IMG/VR virus record: IMGVR_UViG_3300020037_001477 | Direction: 5' to 3' (one strand) | Length of the DNA: 64,000 nt | DNA from: an uncultured virus (IMG/VR IMGVR_UViG_3300020037_001477) | Lineage: Duplodnaviria > Heunggongvirae > Uroviricota > Caudoviricetes | In this document: piece by piece, positions 28,996 to 38,088 of the stretch | Numbering within the stretch: the first letter of the stretch is position 1 | How the letters are laid out: every line of letters begins with the position of its first letter | The notes under the pieces: model-generated | The model's input: only the letters and a program-made list of their open reading frames with translations | Told to the model about the DNA's origin: nothing | The model's database searches: none | Made by a program: the position numbers and the translations under genes

Positions 28996-31900
28996 ATGGC
29001 CATCCGTCAGAACCTTGTCGAAGAGGGCGTCGTCGGCGAGCCGAACCTCGGCAGCATCGACACGGCATCCCCCGGCAGCGCGCCACCGCTGGGGCCTGAT
29101 CCGTTCGAGACGGCGACTGGCGGTGTTGGCTCGTCGACACAGCCGCTTCGCATCGACTTGCCCAACGCGCCGGAAGCGCCCGCGCCGGAAGAGGTCATGG
29201 TTCGAGATCGGCCCCCGCCGATCCCCGCGCCGCCGAAGCCGTCACAGAAAGACATCGCCGCGAAGGTGAACTTCTCCCAAGAGGCGGAGAACATCGGAGC
29301 GCTCGCTGTCTCTGGCATCGACCTCGGCCGCGCGACGATCACCGACAAGCCCGGCCTGATCCAAGACTTCATGGGCGCGGCGGGAGACGAGTGGGACAGC
29401 ACCAAGATGGGTGCCTCGCTGCTCGGTGCCAATCCGATGGAGCGGCAGGCTATCGCTGAGCGCCAAATCCTGAAGGCGCTGATCGACCCTTCGCGCGGGC
29501 AGGAGAAGCCCGACTGGCTACCGTGGTTTGCGCAGATGGCCGGCGGCACCGTGCCGGCGGTCGGCGCTGCGCTAGCGGGTGCCGCTGTTGGAACGCTGGC
29601 GGCGTCGCCGCTGGCCGGTGCCGCGCTCGGCACGGGCGCGCAAGCTGGCCTGTCCACGTTCGCGCAGGTCTACGTCGGGGCCTACAACGCGTACTTGAAA
29701 GAGAACCCGAACAATCGCGCCGCCGCTGACGAGCGTGCCTATAACGACGCGCTCAGGGCGTCCGGTGTCTCCGGGTTGATCAACACGGCGGCGACCGCGA
29801 CCGGCGGGCTGCGCGTCTTCGGGCCGTCCAGCAAGCTGCTGACCAACGTCTATGCGCGCGGCGCGGGCAACGTCGCGGCGCAGACGTTCGGTATCCAGCC
29901 CGGCACCATGGTCGTCGATCAGGTCACGCAGAACATCCTGGCTCAGGCATCGTGGGACCGCGACCGCAACCTCAGTGATAACGTGCTGGATGCTTGGGTC
30001 GCCGGCACGTTCCTCGGTGCGGCGGTTACTCCGCTCGGTGCCATCTCTGCCAAGATGCGAGGCAAGTCGTGGCTGGCTGAAGAGGCCGGCATGCTGCATG
30101 TCGACAGCGGCCCGCCGGCAGACACGATTGGAGGGCCGAAGCCTCCCGACCCTCTGTACCCGTGGAACGAACAGAACTTCACGGACGCGCAGTGGGTCGG
30201 ATACCAGAAGCAGCGCATCCTCGATCAATACAAGAAGGCGCGGGATAACGACCCCGACTTCGTGCCTGACGGCAAGATGAACCGCGTGCTCAACTTCCTC
30301 GACTTCGTCGGCGAAGGCCCGAAGCTCATGGAAGAGATCAGGGCCATTGACGACCCGCGCGAGGTCTCCCAGACTACCGTCGAGAGCGCGAAGCGTCGCG
30401 TGCAGTTCTTGCAGATGATGCGCGACCCGCTGCGCCTAATCGTGACGCCGGTTGACGTGTTCGAGAAGAACGCCCGGCGTGACGGCACCCCTGAGTATTT
30501 TATGGTGCAGACCGCGCCGAACGGGGAGCCCATCTCGCAGACCGGCAAGGGCGGGCGCGTGCAGTATCAGGTGCGCAACGCCGAAGGTCAGGTGATGTGG
30601 GTGGACGCCAAGTCCGGCTCGCTGGTCACGCTGAACAAGAAAGAGATTTTCAACTCGCTCATGTCGCCGGAAGCGTCGCGCATGGCGACGCAGTTGCTCG
30701 AAGAGTACAACCTAGCGCAACAGGCCATGCTGCGTCAGGAGCAGGTGACGACTGACACGACGCGGACGAGCGTCAACAGAGACATCGACGCGGCCTCCGC
30801 CGCTGCGCGCGATCCGCGCCAGTTCGGAGACAAGCCGGTCCAAGGTCAGCAGGCCGGGCGCAACCAGAAGACAGGTCTGCCGGCCGTCATCAAGCCTGAA
30901 GCCCGCTCTCTGACGCTCGTTGCCGACCCTGATATTCAGGCTGCGTTGGCCAACCGCAACATGCAGGCCGAGTTTGATGCCGCGCGCAAAGCGCTCAACC
31001 TTGGCGACGACAGCTTCATCTACGAAGTGGCGCAGAAGATGCTCGACAACGGGGAGCCCATCGTTGCCGAGAAGATGATTGCGTATGCGAGCAAGGAACT
31101 CCAGATCAGGAAACAGATCGAAGAGAAGACCGCCGCCCTCGTTGCCGAAGGCGCGGAGAAGGGCAAGGCCAAAGATATTGAGGCGCGTACTGCGCGGCTG
31201 GTGGACGCGATCAACAAGGAACAGGCTGACCTGAACGCGGAACGGGAGAAGAAGGCGAACGACCTGCGAGGTCTCGAAGATATTCAGCGCCGGCAACAGG
31301 CACTCGACGAACAGCGAGCCCTGATCGAACAGCGCCAGCAGAACACGCGTGAGCTTCTCCAGGCTGCGGCAAAGGTGACGCGCGGGGAGACGGGGACGAT
31401 CCCGCTGGATGCCCTGTCTCAACGCGAAGCCCTCGCCGTCGCCAACTCTCGCATCCGTGGCGGGGAGAGCAACGTCAGCAAGCCGTACACCACGGCCGAA
31501 GAACTCCGCGCGCTTGGTGTCGACCCCAATCGCATCAGCGACCTGAGCATGAAGTTCGCTCTCGGCAAGGTGCCGAAGGAAGTCGCCGAGGCGGCGCAGA
31601 GCGGGCTGATCCTCGGTCGCGGTGTCCAAGGGCTCTTGAACGCTGTCTCCCCCGAAGCGCGTCCCTACGTCGAGCGCATGCTCCAGACGTTTCAGTCGCT
31701 TCGTGGTGTGGAGCTTACCGAACTCGACGTGCTCGATCTGGCTGGTTGGCTGCAACGCAACCCCGATCCTCTGGGGGAGCAGGCCACTGGCGGGTTCCTC
31801 GGTGACTGGACACGCAAGGTAGGCAATGACATCACGACTGCCGCCGTGGCACTGCGTCAAGGTACGGATACGGATACTGCGGTGCGCGCTGTCGCGCACG

Positions 31901-34900
31901 AAGTCACGCACTTCGTCATCAAAGCGTTCGACATCCCGCAAGAAAGGCTGGCTGAGTTTTGGAACTCGGTTCCTGACACCGACGCCTACAAAAAGGTAGT
32001 TGGCGCTCCCGAGAACTACGGTGGAATGCCTGACAGCGTGAAGGGCGAAGAGCTTGTCGCGGTGATGATCGACCATGCCATGGCCGACCGGTACGTCCCG
32101 CGCTCGACGTTTTTCGGCGAAATGCTGCGGCGCTTCGTGCTGGCTGTCCGCACGATCTGGAACGATGTCACCGGCAAGAACGAGGTCGAGAAACTGCTCG
32201 CCGGCATCGAGCGCAAGTATGGCGTGGTGCTGAACGCAATCGACGGGATTGACGGCCAGCAGCGCAATGGCCCGGCCGGCTCGCTCTTCAAGTTGCAGGA
32301 CAACAATCCCATCAGCATGGTCGACGAGACCACGCTTGCGCAGCGGTTCTCCGCCAAGGAAAACGCGCGCTCCAGCACCGGCACGCCGAAGAATAAGAAG
32401 ACCATGTTGCCGAACGGTCTCATGGTTGGCGACATCTCCGCTGTCGACATGATGTCGAACATCATGAACTTCCTCTCCAAGGAAGAGATCGCTACTGCGG
32501 CCAACTGGTATCGCGATCTTCCGACGTGGTTCAAGAATTTCTACGGCAACAACTGGTACAAGAACCTTGTCGCGTGGGCAGCGGCCAACCAGAACGTGTC
32601 TCCCGAAGGCGCGGTGCGGATCACGCAGCGCGTCAAGGAACGCTACGAGACTGGTAAGACTGGACCGCAGGGCGGTGTCTCGGACGCCAACGTCGAGATG
32701 ATCCTCTACGGCGAGCCGGGCAGCGCCAACCTCGGTGTGAAGCTCACCGACTTTATCGACGCGGCGCTCGGCCGCTCGACCCGCCGCTGGTTCAACGACG
32801 ACGCGCGTGGCGGTGATCCGGTCGTGATCGACATCCATGCGATCTCGGCGCGCGGCTACATCCGCGAAGCCAACATGAACGCCATCCGCAAAGAGTATGG
32901 CGATGCTGTAGCTGCCAAGCTCGAACTGGATTTTCCGCGCTCTGCGCCGCATGCGTCGCAGTACGAAGCTGTCGCGCAGTGGTACCGTGATGCGACCGCG
33001 ACCTTCAACTCCCAGAAGTTCATGGGTCGAGACAACTGGACTGCGTCCGAGGTCCAGGCTGTCTCTTGGACCGCGATGCAGAAAGCCTATGGAGACACGC
33101 CGACGTCCGTGAAGGATATGTTTGATCTCAACACGCGCAACATTTCCTTCGAGTTGGCCCCCGCCAACGACAGCCCGGCGATGCGGATGTACGGCGACCG
33201 CTATAACAACCTGCCGCTGGCACAGCAGCGCATGGTTTCGGCCGTGTCTCTGGATTGGGCCGTCGAGAAACTCATGGGGGACTTCAGCTTGGTGCGGCGC
33301 GATCCGAACGCCAAGGATCGCCCGGCCGTGAACATCTACGCGCTCGGTGGGTACGAAGGCTTCTCGAACATCAGCCGGCAGTTGAAGGTCTTCGGCACCG
33401 ATTACGGCGTCAAGAACTTCGCCCGCGCTCTCGGCACGCTGCTCCAGCAGACCGAGGTCTGGGTGTCCCGCCCGCACCCGCAGGGCAAGACGCTCGGTGT
33501 GGATGTGCAGGTTCCGGCCAACTTCATTGGCGACGACGGTGCGGCGATTCGCTTCTGGAATGCGCTGCGCGAGGCTGAGCCCGATCTGATCAAGGGCTAC
33601 CACATCACTGATCGCAACCTGGACGAAAGCGCCAAGGTTCCGTCGATGCGTATCCTGCTCGCCGATCAGGCGTTGCCGGGCCGCAAGGCGAACCCGGAGA
33701 ACGTCCAGAAGGCGATCATGGACAGCTACCAGCGGATTGCTCGCGCCGCAGAGAAGGCCTATGGTGTCCTTGGGCTGGACCCTGGCAACTTCGATGTGAC
33801 GTGGTTCCGTCTCAACGTCGAGAAACTCGGCAACGATTGGAGCACGAACCAACATGGCGAAGGCTATTTTGAAGGGTATGATGCCGGCAACCGCTCCGAT
33901 TTATTCGAGCGGCTACGCGGTCCATACCGGAGCGAATTTGAGCAAGTTGTCACCGACGCAATCGGGACAGCAGAGCGCTCCGGGTCCGAACGCGCCGTCA
34001 CCAAAGGGGAGCCGGCAGCGGGACGAACAGGGGAGGTTGCCCCATCAGTTTCCCTGGATCGACCCGTCGACGTCCGAGGACACGGACTAGAGCCGGGCCT
34101 CGCCGCGCAGGGCGACATCTACAGCCGCTTCGGCGCGCTCGATCCGAACGTCGGAGACACGACGAATGCCCTCAAGGTCTACGACCTCGGTCAGTTCACC
34201 GAAGCGCCTGAGCGCGTCCAGGCCATGGCCGAACGCTACAAGGCAAAGGTGGAGACGTTCTCTTTCCACGAGGACGCTGCCGCTGGAGTTACTGTGCGCG
34301 TCCCCCGGCTCGCCGATGGCTACGCCAAGGGCACCGTCTGGATTTACGACCCTCGCGTGGCGGATGGGTCTTTCAAGGACGAGCTATATACGAGCGCTTG
34401 GCGTGTCTCCCATGAGATCGCTCACGGCATCACCGAAAGTTTTCTGGCTCGCCGGTATGGACCGTCCCGTCGTTATGGACGCCTCGGGCAGGAGATGGTC
34501 GGAGAACGTGGTGCCGCTGGTAAGCGTGTGGCTGTAACCCTCGATCCGCTGACGCTCAGTGAAGCCCAGCGTGCGGTCGAGTGGGAAGACGTCGCGTTCC
34601 GCGCGCAGCGCATGATCCTGGAGAAGGAAGGCCTGCGGATCACCGACGAAGAGTTCGCCCGCGAGTACAACATCAACCTGAGCGACGCCACCTATCGCGT
34701 CACGACCGGCAAGTTTGGCAACCCCGGTGAGTATGGCTTCTCGCCGGCTACGACCAAGGCCGATCTGAAGAGTGTGCTCCGCATGCTCGAAGACACGGAG
34801 CGGTCGCTGGCTGAGCGAGACGAGCGCGCCATGACGCAAGGCGTGCATCTCGATGGGTGGGAACCGATCAGTGATGCCGAGATCAGGATCATGGTCGAGC

Positions 34901-37900
34901 GGGCGGCGCGCGACGGCCTGTCCGCTGCTGCGGTCGACCCGCGCCAGTTCAAGGGCAAGCTCGAAGCGCGGTCGGCGTCCCTGCTGGCTGATCCGCAGCG
35001 GGGAGAGAAGCTCGACCTCAACCGCATCCCGACCCGCCTGGGCACCCTGCGTGCGTTGACTGCCAACTTGGTGACGGAGCAGCTTCGCGGCGCGGCGGAC
35101 TTCCGGGCCAAGGCAGAGGCCGCTGGGTTCAACACGGAGAAGACCTACTTCGTCGGAACCCCGGAGGGAGAGCGCATCGTCACCGACCGCGTCGGTACTG
35201 GCGATCCGAACCAAGACCCGCGCTGGGCTTTCGGTCGTGCGGTGTACGCATCCACCAGCGAGCGCGAGGCCACGCATCTCGCCTACTCGCCTGGAGACAA
35301 CGGCTCGACCATCGTGCCGAAGGTGTTCGCTGTCTATCTGAAGAACGGCAAGATGCTCGACACCCGCCGCATCTACTCGCCCGACGAGGCGCGTGGGTTC
35401 TTCGGCGCGAGCATCGACGCGCCGCGATCCGGCATGGACATCTACAATCAGATCGCTTCCGGCCGTAGCGCAGACGAGGCGAACGCCTATCTCGTTGGCC
35501 GTGGCGTCCGTGCCCTGCTGCACGACAAGGCGACGCTGAAGGACAACGCTACGGGTGTCGTGATCCTCGACCCGGCCGATGCCCGCATGATCGACGCGGA
35601 GGTCAACCTGGATCAGGTCGGCTCGCGCGGCATCAAGTTCCGTCTCGGTGGCGCGCGTGTTGTCGCCGAAGAGGGCCTAAAGAAGCTGATCGGGAACGGG
35701 GCCGAGATCGCCAGCGATCTGACGCAGGCCATGAAGACCGGAGACAACGTGCCTGAGACGTTGATGCGTCTCACCCGTGCGCTGTCTCCGTGGACCTCGA
35801 CCGCAGCGCAGATGCGCGCCTTCGGTACCAAGGCCAGCTTCCTCCTGGGGAACCACTTCGACAAATCGAAGGAAGGCTTCGTCTCGCCGACCGAGAAGGG
35901 CGTGATCACGTTCAAGTCCCCGACCGGCAGCACGATCTACGGCGACTATCACAGCGAAGTCGACGCCGGTCTTGCGCGGCTCAACCAGCACTTCCGGCCC
36001 ATCGACTTCATGCCGGCTAAGGCTGTGCGCAACGGGTTGGCCAACGCGCTCGAAGGTGCCGACCCGGCGCAATACGGGCTGCGCGCGGCCGACGTCGATT
36101 CGCTGCGCCAGGGTCTCGACAAGGCCTACGACTACCTGCGGAGGGCCATGATCGAGGGCGGTGCTGAACCGGGCGACGTGCCGCCGAAGCTCAAGAACTA
36201 CTTCCCGCACATCTATCGTCTGGAGGGCACGTTCAAGGACGGCGCGATTGCCGGCAAGCGCCGGCTGGAGATGTTCGACCGCTTCCTGCAAAGTGCCGGC
36301 TTCTCGCAGAAGGCCACTGAGAACGTGATCATGAAGATCAGCCACGAGGACATGGTGCCGTCGTGGGGCTTCGACTTCGCGCGCATTCTCGGCGAGCGCA
36401 CCTACGCGCTGAGCAAGCAGGAGCAGAACCGGTTCATCAACATGAACCCGTTGCAGAAGTTCGACGTGAAGCTGGAGAACGGCACCGTCGTCAAGATGAG
36501 CCTGTCTGACTTCCTGTTCCGTGACCCGTTCCTGGTCTTTGATCGGTACATCGCCACGACCGTGCGCCGTGCCGAGTTCGTGCGTCGCTTCGGGCCGACT
36601 GGCAAGACGCTCAACCAGATCGTCGACCAGATCGCGGCGGAGAAGGCCGCGAAGGGCGAACGCTTCACGGTCGATGACCGCAGCCGTCTCTTCACCTTGA
36701 TGAAGGCGAACGTCGGCATGCTCGGCACCGATGCCGTGCGCAACCATCCGACTGCCTTCCAGGCGCAGAACGTGTTGAAATTCGGCGTCAACATCGCGCT
36801 GCTTAGCGCGTCGGTCATCGCGTCGCTGCCCGAGTATCTCTCCGTGGCCCAGCGTCTCGGGATGGGCGCGCAGCTTCGTGCCCTGTCGACCGGTATCCAG
36901 GAAGTGCTGCGTCTTCCGGCCTCGGCCGCGCGTGCCGCCGGCAAGGCCGCTGGTGCCGAGGGAGGGTTGCGAGACAAGTTCCGCGCGTTCGCCGCCTACC
37001 ACGGGATGGACAACAGCGACATCCGTCAGTTCGCGACCGACATCGGCGTGATCGTCGATCACATGGTGCAGTCGATCCACAACTCCGCCGAGGCCAACAT
37101 CACCCGGTGGACGGATCGTGCGACTAACGTGTTCTTCAAGGGCAACCTGCTCCAGCCGGTGACGGACCATCAACGCGTCGGAGCCACGGCTGCGGCGGTG
37201 CTGTCTCTGTCTCAGTGGGCACGCAAGGCCAGCGATCCGAAGTACGCTGGGTATCTGCGCGAGGTCGGCCTCAAGCCGGAAGACCTCAAGGCCTTCGATC
37301 CGAACCGCCCGCGCGAGACCAGCACGCCCGCGATCAACGCTGCTGTGCGCCAGATCGTCGACCAGATCGTGATCGAGCCGAACGCGGCAAAGAAGCCGGC
37401 GTGGATGTCCGATCCGCGCTTCGGCTTGTTCTCGCAGATCAGCGGCTACGTCACGGCGTTCAACAACACGATCCTCCAGCGCTCCGTGCGCGAGATGGTC
37501 GTGAACCGCAACCCCGTGCCGATGCTCTACCTCGCCGGCTACGCCGCTGCTGCCGCCACGATCTACGAGATGTACCAGTGGTGGAAGTGGGGCGAGGAAG
37601 GCAACCCCTACATGGCGAAGCTGGGCCTGGAGCCCGGCGACCCGAAGCGCTTCCTGCTCGTCATGGGGCAGCGCGGCGGTCTCTTCGGCCCTCTGGAAAA
37701 GCCCATCGACCTCATGCTCGGCACGCGCGTCGGGCGACAGGCCGACGTCGGCGGCATGCTGGCTCCGTCCATTGGTGTGATGAACGACATGGTCGGCGGC
37801 TTCGCGAACCTGTTCACGGGCATGATGGTTGACGACGATCAGTCCGTGCGTCGCGGTATCGAAGGGCTCGTCAAGGTGACGCCGGGTCTCGCGATCATGT

Positions 37901-38076
37901 CGGGTGATGCGCGCAAGGACTTCGTCTACTACATGACCGGCATCCCGACGATCAAGAACAGCAAGACGACTTCGAGCAGTGGCCCGCTTGGCTTCTCGGG
38001 TTTGAACATCGTACCGGTCATCACGCCGATCAGCCTCGACGGGATCGGCAAGATCACACCGGTCACGTTTAGGTAG
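28996..38076 (+). CDS. Giant polyvalent internal virion protein (3026 aa)
   Basis: Gly/Ala-rich membrane-like N-terminus, two HExxH motifs, HhH-glycosylase-like segment, ART-like segment, helical C-terminus with NYFPHIY. Confidence 0.8.
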   Translation: MAIRQNLVEEGVVGEPNLGSIDTASPGSAPPLGPDPFETATGGVGSSTQPLRIDLPNAPEAPAPEEVMVRDRPPPIPAPPKPSQKDIAAKVNFSQEAENIGALAVSGIDLGRATITDKPGLIQDFMGAAGDEWDSTKMGASLLGANPMERQAIAERQILKALIDPSRGQEKPDWLPWFAQMAGGTVPAVGAALAGAAVGTLAASPLAGAALGTGAQAGLSTFAQVYVGAYNAYLKENPNNRAAADERAYNDALRASGVSGLINTAATATGGLRVFGPSSKLLTNVYARGAGNVAAQTFGIQPGTMVVDQVTQNILAQASWDRDRNLSDNVLDAWVAGTFLGAAVTPLGAISAKMRGKSWLAEEAGMLHVDSGPPADTIGGPKPPDPLYPWNEQNFTDAQWVGYQKQRILDQYKKARDNDPDFVPDGKMNRVLNFLDFVGEGPKLMEEIRAIDDPREVSQTTVESAKRRVQFLQMMRDPLRLIVTPVDVFEKNARRDGTPEYFMVQTAPNGEPISQTGKGGRVQYQVRNAEGQVMWVDAKSGSLVTLNKKEIFNSLMSPEASRMATQLLEEYNLAQQAMLRQEQVTTDTTRTSVNRDIDAASAAARDPRQFGDKPVQGQQAGRNQKTGLPAVIKPEARSLTLVADPDIQAALANRNMQAEFDAARKALNLGDDSFIYEVAQKMLDNGEPIVAEKMIAYASKELQIRKQIEEKTAALVAEGAEKGKAKDIEARTARLVDAINKEQADLNAEREKKANDLRGLEDIQRRQQALDEQRALIEQRQQNTRELLQAAAKVTRGETGTIPLDALSQREALAVANSRIRGGESNVSKPYTTAEELRALGVDPNRISDLSMKFALGKVPKEVAEAAQSGLILGRGVQGLLNAVSPEARPYVERMLQTFQSLRGVELTELDVLDLAGWLQRNPDPLGEQATGGFLGDWTRKVGNDITTAAVALRQGTDTDTAVRAVAHEVTHFVIKAFDIPQERLAEFWNSVPDTDAYKKVVGAPENYGGMPDSVKGEELVAVMIDHAMADRYVPRSTFFGEMLRRFVLAVRTIWNDVTGKNEVEKLLAGIERKYGVVLNAIDGIDGQQRNGPAGSLFKLQDNNPISMVDETTLAQRFSAKENARSSTGTPKNKKTMLPNGLMVGDISAVDMMSNIMNFLSKEEIATAANWYRDLPTWFKNFYGNNWYKNLVAWAAANQNVSPEGAVRITQRVKERYETGKTGPQGGVSDANVEMILYGEPGSANLGVKLTDFIDAALGRSTRRWFNDDARGGDPVVIDIHAISARGYIREANMNAIRKEYGDAVAAKLELDFPRSAPHASQYEAVAQWYRDATATFNSQKFMGRDNWTASEVQAVSWTAMQKAYGDTPTSVKDMFDLNTRNISFELAPANDSPAMRMYGDRYNNLPLAQQRMVSAVSLDWAVEKLMGDFSLVRRDPNAKDRPAVNIYALGGYEGFSNISRQLKVFGTDYGVKNFARALGTLLQQTEVWVSRPHPQGKTLGVDVQVPANFIGDDGAAIRFWNALREAEPDLIKGYHITDRNLDESAKVPSMRILLADQALPGRKANPENVQKAIMDSYQRIARAAEKAYGVLGLDPGNFDVTWFRLNVEKLGNDWSTNQHGEGYFEGYDAGNRSDLFERLRGPYRSEFEQVVTDAIGTAERSGSERAVTKGEPAAGRTGEVAPSVSLDRPVDVRGHGLEPGLAAQGDIYSRFGALDPNVGDTTNALKVYDLGQFTEAPERVQAMAERYKAKVETFSFHEDAAAGVTVRVPRLADGYAKGTVWIYDPRVADGSFKDELYTSAWRVSHEIAHGITESFLARRYGPSRRYGRLGQEMVGERGAAGKRVAVTLDPLTLSEAQRAVEWEDVAFRAQRMILEKEGLRITDEEFAREYNINLSDATYRVTTGKFGNPGEYGFSPATTKADLKSVLRMLEDTERSLAERDERAMTQGVHLDGWEPISDAEIRIMVERAARDGLSAAAVDPRQFKGKLEARSASLLADPQRGEKLDLNRIPTRLGTLRALTANLVTEQLRGAADFRAKAEAAGFNTEKTYFVGTPEGERIVTDRVGTGDPNQDPRWAFGRAVYASTSEREATHLAYSPGDNGSTIVPKVFAVYLKNGKMLDTRRIYSPDEARGFFGASIDAPRSGMDIYNQIASGRSADEANAYLVGRGVRALLHDKATLKDNATGVVILDPADARMIDAEVNLDQVGSRGIKFRLGGARVVAEEGLKKLIGNGAEIASDLTQAMKTGDNVPETLMRLTRALSPWTSTAAQMRAFGTKASFLLGNHFDKSKEGFVSPTEKGVITFKSPTGSTIYGDYHSEVDAGLARLNQHFRPIDFMPAKAVRNGLANALEGADPAQYGLRAADVDSLRQGLDKAYDYLRRAMIEGGAEPGDVPPKLKNYFPHIYRLEGTFKDGAIAGKRRLEMFDRFLQSAGFSQKATENVIMKISHEDMVPSWGFDFARILGERTYALSKQEQNRFINMNPLQKFDVKLENGTVVKMSLSDFLFRDPFLVFDRYIATTVRRAEFVRRFGPTGKTLNQIVDQIAAEKAAKGERFTVDDRSRLFTLMKANVGMLGTDAVRNHPTAFQAQNVLKFGVNIALLSASVIASLPEYLSVAQRLGMGAQLRALSTGIQEVLRLPASAARAAGKAAGAEGGLRDKFRAFAAYHGMDNSDIRQFATDIGVIVDHMVQSIHNSAEANITRWTDRATNVFFKGNLLQPVTDHQRVGATAAAVLSLSQWARKASDPKYAGYLREVGLKPEDLKAFDPNRPRETSTPAINAAVRQIVDQIVIEPNAAKKPAWMSDPRFGLFSQISGYVTAFNNTILQRSVREMVVNRNPVPMLYLAGYAAAAATIYEMYQWWKWGEEGNPYMAKLGLEPGDPKRFLLVMGQRGGLFGPLEKPIDLMLGTRVGRQADVGGMLAPSIGVMNDMVGGFANLFTGMMVDDDQSVRRGIEGLVKVTPGLAIMSGDARKDFVYYMTGIPTIKNSKTTSSSGPLGFSGLNIVPVITPISLDGIGKITPVTFR
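33854..34090 (+). CDS. Possible overprinted small gene in +1 frame inside the giant protein
   Basis: ATG with GGAG 11 nt upstream; main-frame codon bias collapses over this interval. Confidence 0.4.
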   Translation: MAKAILKGMMPATAPIYSSGYAVHTGANLSKLSPTQSGQQSAPGPNAPSPKGSRQRDEQGRLPHQFPWIDPSTSEDTD

Positions 38077-38088
38077 TGGAGACAGCCA

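Noticed and set aside
34166..34537. Second overprinted ORF in the giant gene
   Set aside because: Some rare codons in the main frame, but the product is S/P/R-rich like a frame shadow and has no convincing start.
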